DNA of 64,000 nucleotides from a virus. Taxonomy: Duplodnaviria > Heunggongvirae > Uroviricota > Caudoviricetes. Below, in pieces: positions 37,563 through 45,294 of the stretch. Under the pieces are notes generated by a model. The model did no database searches and was not told the DNA's origin. It saw nothing but the letters and a program-made list of their open reading frames with translations. Within the stretch, counting starts at the first letter, position 1. Each line of letters starts with the position of its first letter. The DNA lies in IMG/VR virus record IMGVR_UViG_3300017565_000001, positions 237,741 through 301,740 of that record; one strand, given 5' to 3'. A program made the translations under genes and the position numbers.

Positions 37563-37599
37563 TGTATCACATTCTGTATTCATTTGAAAGGTGAGTCAA
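37563..37599 (-). promoter_or_regulatory. conserved early promoter, copy 9
   Basis: TTGACT-N17-CAGAAT-GTGATAC-ATGGTA; variant box at 37579-37587. Confidence 0.75.
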
Positions 37600-37653
37600 C
37601 ACTTTTTTCACCTAGTTTGAAAATTTTTGCAAATCAATTACATGGTTGTGGCG

Positions 37654-37908
37654 TTACAACGATAGTTTGCATATTAGTGAGTCAGCTTGATTCTTCACCA
37701 TGAAGATGCCCGTGTTGGGAATCTGTTTGAAAGATGCATCATTGGTGTTGAACCACGAAATGATATCGTTCACTAGAGTCTTGTCCGACTGATCAACGAG
37801 CATGACTGCTTCAGGCTCCCAACCACAGAGTCCAAGAACCTCCCCATGACGTATATTGCTGATCTGGCTCATGAAGTTCCTGTAGTCATACAGGTGGATG
37901 ACTCTCAT
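37654..37908 (-). CDS. small protein, FxxxxDAxxFxL family
   Basis: IISWFNTN...VKNQADSLICKLSL. Confidence 0.65.
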   Translation of the reverse strand: MRVIHLYDYRNFMSQISNIRHGEVLGLCGWEPEAVMLVDQSDKTLVNDIISWFNTNDASFKQIPNTGIFMVKNQADSLICKLSL

Positions 37909-38240
37909 TTGTTATCCTTGGAATTATTACTCCAGGCCAGGATGAACATCATTGCGTCAGTCTCGTGTCTGAACGCCGCCCAGTACGGTGGGCGGATGAG
38001 CTTCCAATCACCTTTTTGAATGTGTTTCCTCAACCAGTCTGCTATCGGGTCAACAGCTTCAGGCGGGGCGTAAAAGGTATCAGGACCATTGGATGAATGG
38101 GCCCACCATGACGGGCGCGTCAGGAATGGAGTCAAACTCACTATTTCCCAATCCAATATACCCAAACGATTCCCGTCCAGTATTGTGTCATGGACTGCAT
38201 CAATATGAGTATGGAGTAGAAGAAAGTCGTCAAAGGTCAC
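37905..38240 (-). CDS. small protein, FxxxxDAxxFxL family
   Basis: IADWLRKH...FRHETDAMMFILAW. Confidence 0.7.
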   Translation of the reverse strand: MTFDDFLLLHTHIDAVHDTILDGNRLGILDWEIVSLTPFLTRPSWWAHSSNGPDTFYAPPEAVDPIADWLRKHIQKGDWKLIRPPYWAAFRHETDAMMFILAWSNNSKDNK

Positions 38241-38241
38241 A

Positions 38242-38541
38242 TCAGAGATTCCAAGCTAATTTGAACAGCATAGCATCATCTGGGTGCTCAAACAAGACTA
38301 GTTGGGCCGCTCGTCTAACTCGCACTGATCTTTTGGCGACACGACCTTTGGCCGTCTTAGTGAATTCCCTTATGGCTGCTGAAGCTATTCCTTCTGGGCG
38401 TTCGTGCAGACAAATGTGGGCCACGTAACAGACGGGGAAATTTGGGCGTCTTGATTTGATCAGGGCCGGATACATTCCAGTGAAAATACCCTCGGCGAGT
38501 ATTTCCGTACCACCCAACATTCTAGTACGGCTCATCCCCAC
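38242..38541 (-). CDS. small protein, FxxxxDAxxFxL family
   Basis: FEHPDDAMLFKLAW. Confidence 0.7.
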   Translation of the reverse strand: MGMSRTRMLGGTEILAEGIFTGMYPALIKSRRPNFPVCYVAHICLHERPEGIASAAIREFTKTAKGRVAKRSVRVRRAAQLVLFEHPDDAMLFKLAWNL

Positions 38542-38894
38542 ACCATCTTGAACATGACTGCTTCGTTCTCATCCTCCAGCACGACAACGAATGGTGCCAG
38601 AAGAAAATCCCATTTGTAGTTCAGGTGATCCTTGCACCAATCAGCTATCTTGTTGGTTGCGAATAGGTCCACATCGAGAAGGGCCATACTATCATACTTG
38701 GTTATCACTGGATACGTCAATACGGGATCAAGTGCGCTCACTCGCTGCATCAGTAGAGAACGATCGTATGACACGCCAGAAAGCCCAATACGAACACAAT
38801 TTTCCATAAGGGTTTCATTGACTGTTATTGGGTGTTTGTGGAAGGCTGAGAACATTTCTATCATATTTCTACCTGGAGTTGGGACCACTATCAA
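38532..38894 (-). CDS. small protein, FxxxxDAxxFxL family (start uncertain)
   Basis: IADWCKDH...LEDENEAVMFKMVW. Confidence 0.7.
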   Translation of the reverse strand: MIVVPTPGRNMIEMFSAFHKHPITVNETLMENCVRIGLSGVSYDRSLLMQRVSALDPVLTYPVITKYDSMALLDVDLFATNKIADWCKDHLNYKWDFLLAPFVVVLEDENEAVMFKMVWG

Positions 38895-38991
38895 GGGTAT
38901 AGTTGAGACTCTCCATGAATTCTTATCAAGTTTGCAGAAGTCTACCTGGAGTTTACGACATCCAGGTGTCCTTGGTAGCTTGGTGAGTGTC

Positions 38992-39285
38992 TTAGAAGAC
39001 CCTAATATGATCTCTATTGATGACTGGGATACTCGTGAAAGAATCCTTGATGATTGGCTTTACCACCCTGTTATCAACAACCACGTTTGGATACTTGAGC
39101 CTAATCCATACAAGCTCCACTTCTGATAACTGAATATCCACGGCCAGAGCATCAGACAGCTTATCCTCGCACATCACAAAGGAATTCCATTTAATACTTT
39201 CATTGAATCGCTCTTCACCCAAATCCCGATATAATTCGTTGAATTGAACTGGGTCATTGACACCACCAACCAGGTACATGATCAC
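38992..39285 (-). CDS. hypothetical protein
   Basis: IQLSEVELVWIRLKYP, similar to its neighbour. Confidence 0.6.
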   Translation of the reverse strand: MIMYLVGGVNDPVQFNELYRDLGEERFNESIKWNSFVMCEDKLSDALAVDIQLSEVELVWIRLKYPNVVVDNRVVKPIIKDSFTSIPVINRDHIRVF

Positions 39286-39521
39286 TTCAGATATCCAACT
39301 ATCAGGGGATACTGGATCTTCAGCAACAGTGCCTGCTCTTCACTCAGATCGATCTCCCACCCCTTCAACATATGTTGATGACCCTGGTTGTCGTAGAACA
39401 CCCGCAGGCCCACGCCGTAATCAGCCAATTCGTAGTGTTCCCGTAGATGGTTAGTCAAGTCGTCGATTTCCCTGTAGGTTTCCGACAACCTGTTTCCATG
39501 TTCAACAACCAGGTAGCCCAT
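39282..39521 (-). CDS. hypothetical protein
   Basis: IDLSEEQALLLKIQYP; ATG just after the ATPase stop codon. Confidence 0.6.
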   Translation of the reverse strand: MGYLVVEHGNRLSETYREIDDLTNHLREHYELADYGVGLRVFYDNQGHQHMLKGWEIDLSEEQALLLKIQYPLIVGYLK

Positions 39522-39522
39522 A

Positions 39523-40683
39523 TCAGAATGCGTTGAAATTAAACGCACGGCTAATGTGGCGAGTGAACTCAACCTGATAGCCCTCAGGATTCTTGTACGT
39601 GAAAGAGCCGGTCTTGGGATCCACACCAATCAGATGCTCTTGGGTGAAGACCACGTTGATACCGTCTTGATCTTGATCCCCATCATCGCTGTCATCCCAT
39701 TCGCTCGCCATGATATCAGTGGGAGTTTGGGCACTGGCGACATTTCTGCCCAGCTTCTGGGAAGTGCCACCCTGATTTGCGTCATAAACAACCAGATTGA
39801 TCTCAGGGCTGAGAACAGGAATACCCCACCAGATCTTATAGTTAATACGTTCGGTGGGAATCTGAGCACCATTCAGAGTCAACTTCAGGTTGAACTCAGT
39901 GTTGTGATCATTGGCCGGTTTCGCGTTCAACATCTCCAGAGCTTTCTGGGGAGTTTCCTTGTAGCGGTTCATTTCTTCGACCAGAGCTTTCAACATGTCA
40001 AAGTTGAAGTTATCGAAGGTCGAAGAAATCTTGGTGATCGTGCCAATATATTGTTTGTCGTCCAGTCGATCCTGGCAATATTCCACGATTGCGTCGTGTT
40101 CCATACCCTTGAAATCCAGAGCATAAAAGATTCGACCGGGACGATTGCGCATGTGAGCATCAACGCGATAAACCTGGTTGCAAGTCAGAATGAACAGTTT
40201 CTTGGTGGGGAAAACACCATCTAGGAGACTCAACAGACTTTCCTGTTGGTCGCTGCTGTAGATCTTCTCGAATTCGTCGAAAAGCACCACTGCTTCTTGT
40301 TCAACGCTTTGGATCAGCTTATTGAATTCTTCACCACACCAGGGAGCGTTGATAACAATGCAGGGCATACCAAGCTCATAGGCTCTCAGGGCCAGGGAAC
40401 GCGCCAACAGGGTCTTACCGCTACCCTTTTCACCAGTCAGCATCACGCCAGTACTGACAGAGCGTGACAGGAAGGTATTGAAGATGCGTTCGGACCTGGC
40501 AGTGGTGTTGCCGTACACCTTACCCAAGGGGTCAAAGTTGTCGATTTGTTCAAAGAACAAAACACCCGTAAAGGTGTTCTTTACGATCGTGTACACCCCG
40601 GCAGGCAGGCGATCCCTGACGTCCAGGTTTGCATCATTGGTGGGAGTGAATTTGTTGCCGTCGCAGATAAATTTGGTTGCCAT
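39523..40683 (-). CDS. AAA+ ATPase
   Basis: Walker A GEKGSGKT, Walker B VLFDEFEK, LLSLLDG, NRPGRI arginine finger. Confidence 0.9.
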   Translation of the reverse strand: MATKFICDGNKFTPTNDANLDVRDRLPAGVYTIVKNTFTGVLFFEQIDNFDPLGKVYGNTTARSERIFNTFLSRSVSTGVMLTGEKGSGKTLLARSLALRAYELGMPCIVINAPWCGEEFNKLIQSVEQEAVVLFDEFEKIYSSDQQESLLSLLDGVFPTKKLFILTCNQVYRVDAHMRNRPGRIFYALDFKGMEHDAIVEYCQDRLDDKQYIGTITKISSTFDNFNFDMLKALVEEMNRYKETPQKALEMLNAKPANDHNTEFNLKLTLNGAQIPTERINYKIWWGIPVLSPEINLVVYDANQGGTSQKLGRNVASAQTPTDIMASEWDDSDDGDQDQDGINVVFTQEHLIGVDPKTGSFTYKNPEGYQVEFTRHISRAFNFNAF

Positions 40684-40724
40684 TTTGGTTTTGTTATTGT
40701 GACTAAATATTTGAAAAGGTTCTT

Positions 40725-41198
40725 ATGTTCTACACTCAAGTACTGAAATTTCCACGCTTGCCAGACCACCTGGTACAAAAGGCCCTAGACAGCATCCGGG
40801 ACTATGAAGTTCAGGATGAATTCGAGAAGACCGGAAACTACCGCTGGCATCTGCTTGATCCTCAGGTCCAGGAATGGCTCAACACCAATGTTCTGGAGGG
40901 TGCCTGGGGTATTCAAACAAACACTGATGACAAAGACCTTGATGTCCACGTCGATCGTTTTACTCCCACAAGGATCCTGTATACCCTGGATCCTGGTGGT
41001 CCCAATGTCACAACCACTTTCTATGAAAATGATCGAAAAACTGTCATTGAATCAATTGTCCTGCAACCACATACCTGGTACGCCCTAAAGACTGACATTT
41101 ACCACGCCGCCCATGGTATCGTACCAGGCCAAACCAGAATCGCCATCACTGTACGATTCTTTACCAATCACGAACCCAAGCCGCTCAAACCGCGTTGA
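40725..41198 (+). CDS. putative 2OG-Fe(II) dioxygenase / cupin-fold protein
   Basis: HVD...YHAAHG...RIAITV pattern; TAAATA upstream. Confidence 0.6.
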   Translation: MFYTQVLKFPRLPDHLVQKALDSIRDYEVQDEFEKTGNYRWHLLDPQVQEWLNTNVLEGAWGIQTNTDDKDLDVHVDRFTPTRILYTLDPGGPNVTTTFYENDRKTVIESIVLQPHTWYALKTDIYHAAHGIVPGQTRIAITVRFFTNHEPKPLKPR

Positions 41199-42132
41199 TT
41201 CTGATCACTTCCCGGGGAGCATGAACAACACCCAGGCCTCGTCCCACACTTGCTTTTGCCAGTTCGGGATGTTTGTTCATCCAATCCTGAACGTACCACA
41301 GTTGTCCACAGCCACCACCGATGTCATCTTGTCCCGCGGGATCAAAACAACGAACGCTGAAGCCATGAGCCAGTAGACGGGCCATGAAACCTGTTGCCAG
41401 TTCACGCTGGCGTACATTTGCGGCAGCAACCGATTCATCGCGTTCACACACCACGCTCACGGTTGCTTCCCAGACCTTGGGATCAAAGCGGGCGGCGATT
41501 CGATCTGCGTCAGCCTGGCTAGTATTTGCTTCGTGAGCGCAGTAGTTGAAGAAGGGCTTCCGTCCCGTGGCAGCAAACCATGATTCACCAGCAGCCGCGA
41601 TCTCGTCCAGGTTCAACTTGGCTTTGAACGGAACCAGCTCATTCCTGGCTTCATCCGTACTTTCATGCACGCTGAATTGGAGCCCCACCATGGGTACTTC
41701 AGCACTCAGGGCATTCACACGCTCGTAATCAACCTTGGGAGCGCTGGTGCTGATCAACAGGGCAAAGCGGGGATATTTGGCATGTAGGATGCGAATCGCT
41801 TCGGACAATCCTTGAAAGTTCAGCAACGGTTCACCCATCGACATGAACATGATCTGACACTTCTGCACTTTCGTGACATCGATGTTTCGATCAGCGAACA
41901 GGTAATCCACTTGTGCGACGATTTCTTCAGCGGTAAGACTACGAACGAATGCATCACCAGCACCACAGAAACGGCAGCCGACTGGGCAACCACTTTGAGT
42001 ACTGCAACATATTACCGTTCGATCTTCGTATGTGGGATATTTGTAGAGCACGGCTTCAGCAACCGCATTATCGAAATCGAAAACGTATTTGCTGACGTTT
42101 TCGTCCGATGAATCTACTCGTTTGACTTGCAT
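41185..42132 (-). CDS. RlmN/Cfr-like class A radical SAM RNA methyltransferase
   Basis: ICCSTQSGCPVGCRFC (CxxxCxxC plus upstream Cys), MSMGEP, SVHE, GCGQL; GGAG SD before ATG 42132. Confidence 0.85.
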   Translation of the reverse strand: MQVKRVDSSDENVSKYVFDFDNAVAEAVLYKYPTYEDRTVICCSTQSGCPVGCRFCGAGDAFVRSLTAEEIVAQVDYLFADRNIDVTKVQKCQIMFMSMGEPLLNFQGLSEAIRILHAKYPRFALLISTSAPKVDYERVNALSAEVPMVGLQFSVHESTDEARNELVPFKAKLNLDEIAAAGESWFAATGRKPFFNYCAHEANTSQADADRIAARFDPKVWEATVSVVCERDESVAAANVRQRELATGFMARLLAHGFSVRCFDPAGQDDIGGGCGQLWYVQDWMNKHPELAKASVGRGLGVVHAPREVIRINAV

Positions 42133-42235
42133 GCCATTTCTCCGTGCTTTTGATGCACCCATGGTACAATGAAATGGCAAGCTGTAAAGAGGAAGGTGGT
42201 TGCAAAATCAAATTATTTCACAACACCACCCCATG

Positions 42236-43213
42236 TTAACCTTTTGCTACATTGGCAATGACGATACTTGTTCCAACGATCACCCACTTATCGCTTGAGT
42301 AAGCTATATCAGTGTAGGTATAAGTTTGCCCTGGAACTGCCACACTCTTCCAAGTGGTTATCGAATCCCTTGACACTACTGGAGTTTGTGAACCTTGAGC
42401 ACCCACAAACGAACCGTCTGCTGGATTGTATGCCAAACTAGCAATCAACCCTGTTACTGGGACGCTGGCCCATGTAGTCATATCAGTTGAATACCAGATT
42501 CTGTTATTGCTACCGATCACCCAATGAGTGGCGCTTCTGGCAGTACAATCGAATCTAGCACCAGACCCAGAGTCAAGGGTAGTTACTGCACTCCACGCCA
42601 AACCGTTATTGGTCGAAGTCATGTACCGTCCTGGGGCTTGGTCATTGGAACTTCCACCAACACATAGCCAATTTCCCGCACCATCAGTGATTAGATCCTT
42701 GGGTGTGAAGTTGAATATGGCACCAGTAACGTTTGACCATGGTCCTGCCATACCGTTTGACGACAATCGCAGGCCGTCGCTACATACTAGCCAAATTCTG
42801 TTCGTATTATTGGGATCAACACGGACTTCCCACACATATCCGTTCACCCCCGTTGATGTGGCATATGACGCCCATGATACACCATCAACTGACCTCAACA
42901 CGGCGGTGGGTCTATTGTAGGTGAATCCATAGAAAGCATCGTTGACCCAACGAATGAGGTTGGTACCAGTAGAAGTATTGGGGTCATTAATTGCTGACCA
43001 ATTGCTGGTATCATCAAAAGACCTTACGATCTGACCAGAAGAACCTTGACGCCCGGCAGCAATCCATGTTCCAGTGCCATTTGTGGCTATGGTATTGAAC
43101 GAAAATCCAGTCAAGACTGGTATATTGGCTGGTGGTACGGGATTCCAATTGGTTGGTCCATCTGAATCTCTTACACTTGTCGGCCAACTTGCTACGATTC
43201 CGGTTATCATCAA
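42236..43213 (-). CDS. BNR/beta-propeller repeat protein, probably virion-associated
   Basis: Repeated SxDGxxW Asp-box-like motifs; TAAATA upstream on the - strand. Confidence 0.7.
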   Translation of the reverse strand: MMITGIVASWPTSVRDSDGPTNWNPVPPANIPVLTGFSFNTIATNGTGTWIAAGRQGSSGQIVRSFDDTSNWSAINDPNTSTGTNLIRWVNDAFYGFTYNRPTAVLRSVDGVSWASYATSTGVNGYVWEVRVDPNNTNRIWLVCSDGLRLSSNGMAGPWSNVTGAIFNFTPKDLITDGAGNWLCVGGSSNDQAPGRYMTSTNNGLAWSAVTTLDSGSGARFDCTARSATHWVIGSNNRIWYSTDMTTWASVPVTGLIASLAYNPADGSFVGAQGSQTPVVSRDSITTWKSVAVPGQTYTYTDIAYSSDKWVIVGTSIVIANVAKG

Positions 43214-43283
43214 ATTCTCTTCGTATGAGGTTTGTGATATTTACACGGCAGGAAGGGGAGTGATTAATCACTCCCCTTCAATT

Positions 43284-43358
43284 TGGTGCTCCCAGTTGGA
43301 CTCGAACCAACACTCCCGGTCTTATGAGGACCACGCTTTGCCTTTAAGCTATAGGAGC
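43284..43358 (-). tRNA. tRNA with CAU anticodon (probably Ile2; elongator Met not excluded)
   Basis: GCTCCTA...TGGTC-CTCATAA-GACCG...GTTCGAGTC...TGGGAGC-ACCA cloverleaf with encoded CCA. C4-G69/C5-G68 pairs fit TilS substrates; no initiator features. Own promoter (TTGATT...TACAAT) and terminator (43252-43279). Confidence 0.92.
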
Positions 43359-43397
43359 AAAATGCTATTGTACAGCCAAATCACAAGGAATCAAAGC

Positions 43398-44222
43398 TTA
43401 GTCTTCATTTGCCTTGATCACGAAGCTTTCGATACCCAACAGATCCAGAGCGCTGACGGCCAGGTACTTGTGACGGCTCCAATACTTGTTGCGATCCTTG
43501 CATTCCCGATACCACTCATTGATCTTCACCATGTCCTCAGCCGTAGGAGTGTAGACGAAGCTCAAGAATTGTGAGTGAGACTCACTGATATTGTAGTACG
43601 GAATGCTCAAGATGCGATCTTCTGCACTCACGGGTTGATAGGACCGACGTTCAAGATCCTTAAAGACAACACGATTGTCTTTGCGCAGGACCTCCAGAAC
43701 CTTATTCAGGTCATAGTGGCCATTGTGCATGTTGCCATTCATGTAGGTATACAGGATCCCTTGTGGCAAAAAGTCACCGTTGAAGTTCAGCCAGCTGTGG
43801 TCGCGAGGATCAAACCGAACAAGAACAACATCCCTGGTGGATGCAACCTCCCAAGGGTCACATTTTTCATACTCTTGCAACAGGGGTTCGAATTCCCTGG
43901 AGCCGTAGAAGTGTTTGCCGATGATGTCCAACATGTTCTGATCACCCAAATACAAATATTCATTGGGGAACAAATTGGTGATGGACTTCAGCTTACCAGC
44001 TGCCATCTTTTCGGCATCAACCAACGAACAGAAACTGGCGTTTCCTTGATGCACTTCGCCCTTGTATCCACTGAACACCTTGGGCGGCTTCTTGCCTTCA
44101 ACCATTGCCGATGTGGCATTACGGTAGATGGCGACACCGTTACCGATATCCATGTATTCAAACGTCTGAGTGTGTTCCACCACAGCCTTGAACGTGCTGG
44201 ATTTGATTTCACGCATCGCCAT
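43398..44222 (-). CDS. hypothetical protein
   Basis: 274 aa, AGGAG SD. Confidence 0.75.
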   Translation of the reverse strand: MAMREIKSSTFKAVVEHTQTFEYMDIGNGVAIYRNATSAMVEGKKPPKVFSGYKGEVHQGNASFCSLVDAEKMAAGKLKSITNLFPNEYLYLGDQNMLDIIGKHFYGSREFEPLLQEYEKCDPWEVASTRDVVLVRFDPRDHSWLNFNGDFLPQGILYTYMNGNMHNGHYDLNKVLEVLRKDNRVVFKDLERRSYQPVSAEDRILSIPYYNISESHSQFLSFVYTPTAEDMVKINEWYRECKDRNKYWSRHKYLAVSALDLLGIESFVIKANED

Positions 44223-44265
44223 CTCCTGTTTTAAATGATAGGTGAATTATACATTCACCTGCCAA

Positions 44266-44937
44266 TTACCACAACAGGTTAAAGTTACCACCCATCACTT
44301 TGTCGCAAGCTGCACTCTTACCAGTCACGTGATCTTTTACCTGGTTGTCCTGGAAACGATACGTGCGAATTTTATCACCACGCATACCAGAACCAACTTG
44401 GCTCTTACGAGTGCTTGCTTGTTCGGCATTGTGTACAGCGGTTGAATGCCCATTGAGGCGTTCCAAGATCGTAGTCTTAGCCTCATTTAGGGAATTTTCA
44501 CGACTGCGACACTGCGCGGTGGCCACCACCCCTGTTGCGATGTGGGTGATTCGGCAAGAGTTTTGATGTTTGTTTCTGTGTTGACCGCCCGCACCGGTAC
44601 CAGAATACCATTCAATCTTGAACTCGCGTTCGTTGAACGTTATCTCTTTTACTTCCTGGGGGTCAATTACTGCGACCGTAACCGTCGATGTGTGAACTCG
44701 ACCCTTACGTTCAGTGGGAGGAACTCGTTGGATTCTGTGTCCGCCGGGTTCATTGTTGAGCGCTGATAGATCATCCCCTTCAACCTCGATGGCAACATCG
44801 GCGGTGTGGACGTCAATCAGGCGGTGCTTTCAGCCGTTCTTGGTGAAATGCTTCATGTAAGCGGCAGCCAGATCCTGTGCAAACAGTCGGCTATCTTCGC
44901 CACCCTCGGCGGCGCGGATTTCAAGTACTCGTTTCAT
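44266..44937 (-). CDS. class I peptide chain release factor, RF1-like, lacking domain 1, with one in-frame TGA (44830-44832)
   Basis: One continuous frame: MKRVLEIRAAEGGEDSRLFA...KNG*KHRL...GGHRIQRVPPTERKGRVHTSTVTVAV...GAGGQHRNK...RGDKIRTY; AGGAG SD. Confidence 0.88.
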
Positions 44938-45065
44938 CTCGATCTCCTATTTGTTAGATGAAAATGAAGTCTACTGGCTAAACCACCAGAGATCAAGTAT
45001 TTACATTAGACATTTCCTTACATGATTCATGAATAAATATCTGGGTATCTTTCAAGGAGGGATAT

Positions 45066-45197
45066 ATGAAGATTAGAGGCTTGAAACCTTTTCGTGGTGC
45101 CGTACGTTTCTACAAATACGTTGGCGGTCCTGTAACTTGGGACAATTTGACTCAAAACTGGAACACCATCACGGTGAACTGGGAAAACTTGGCTTAA
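45066..45197 (+). CDS. 43-aa late microprotein (not in the ORF track)
   Basis: AAGGAGG SD, AATAAATA promoter, downstream hairpin; MKIRGLKPFRGAVRFYKYVGGPVTWDNLTQNWNTITVNWENLA. Confidence 0.65.
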   Translation: MKIRGLKPFRGAVRFYKYVGGPVTWDNLTQNWNTITVNWENLA

Positions 45198-45294
45198 CTG
45201 AGTTTTGGTAAAGGGCGTCCATAAATACGTGGACGCCCTTTTTCGTGGGTGGTCCCATGAGCAATTAGTTCATGGCTTGATGGATAGTGAAATC

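Noticed and set aside
43284-43358. Initiator tRNA-fMet or integration (att) site
   Set aside because: G1-C72 is paired and there is no triple G-C anticodon stem; no integrase or duplicated 3' end was seen.
44650-44670. Possible programmed frameshift at the C5 run in the release factor gene
   Set aside because: Recounting gives GAC CCC CAG GAA in frame; no shift is needed and the only interruption is the TGA.
44780-44832. Selenocysteine decoding of the RF UGA
   Set aside because: The aligned residue is Trp rather than Cys, and no convincing bacterial SECIS hairpin follows.
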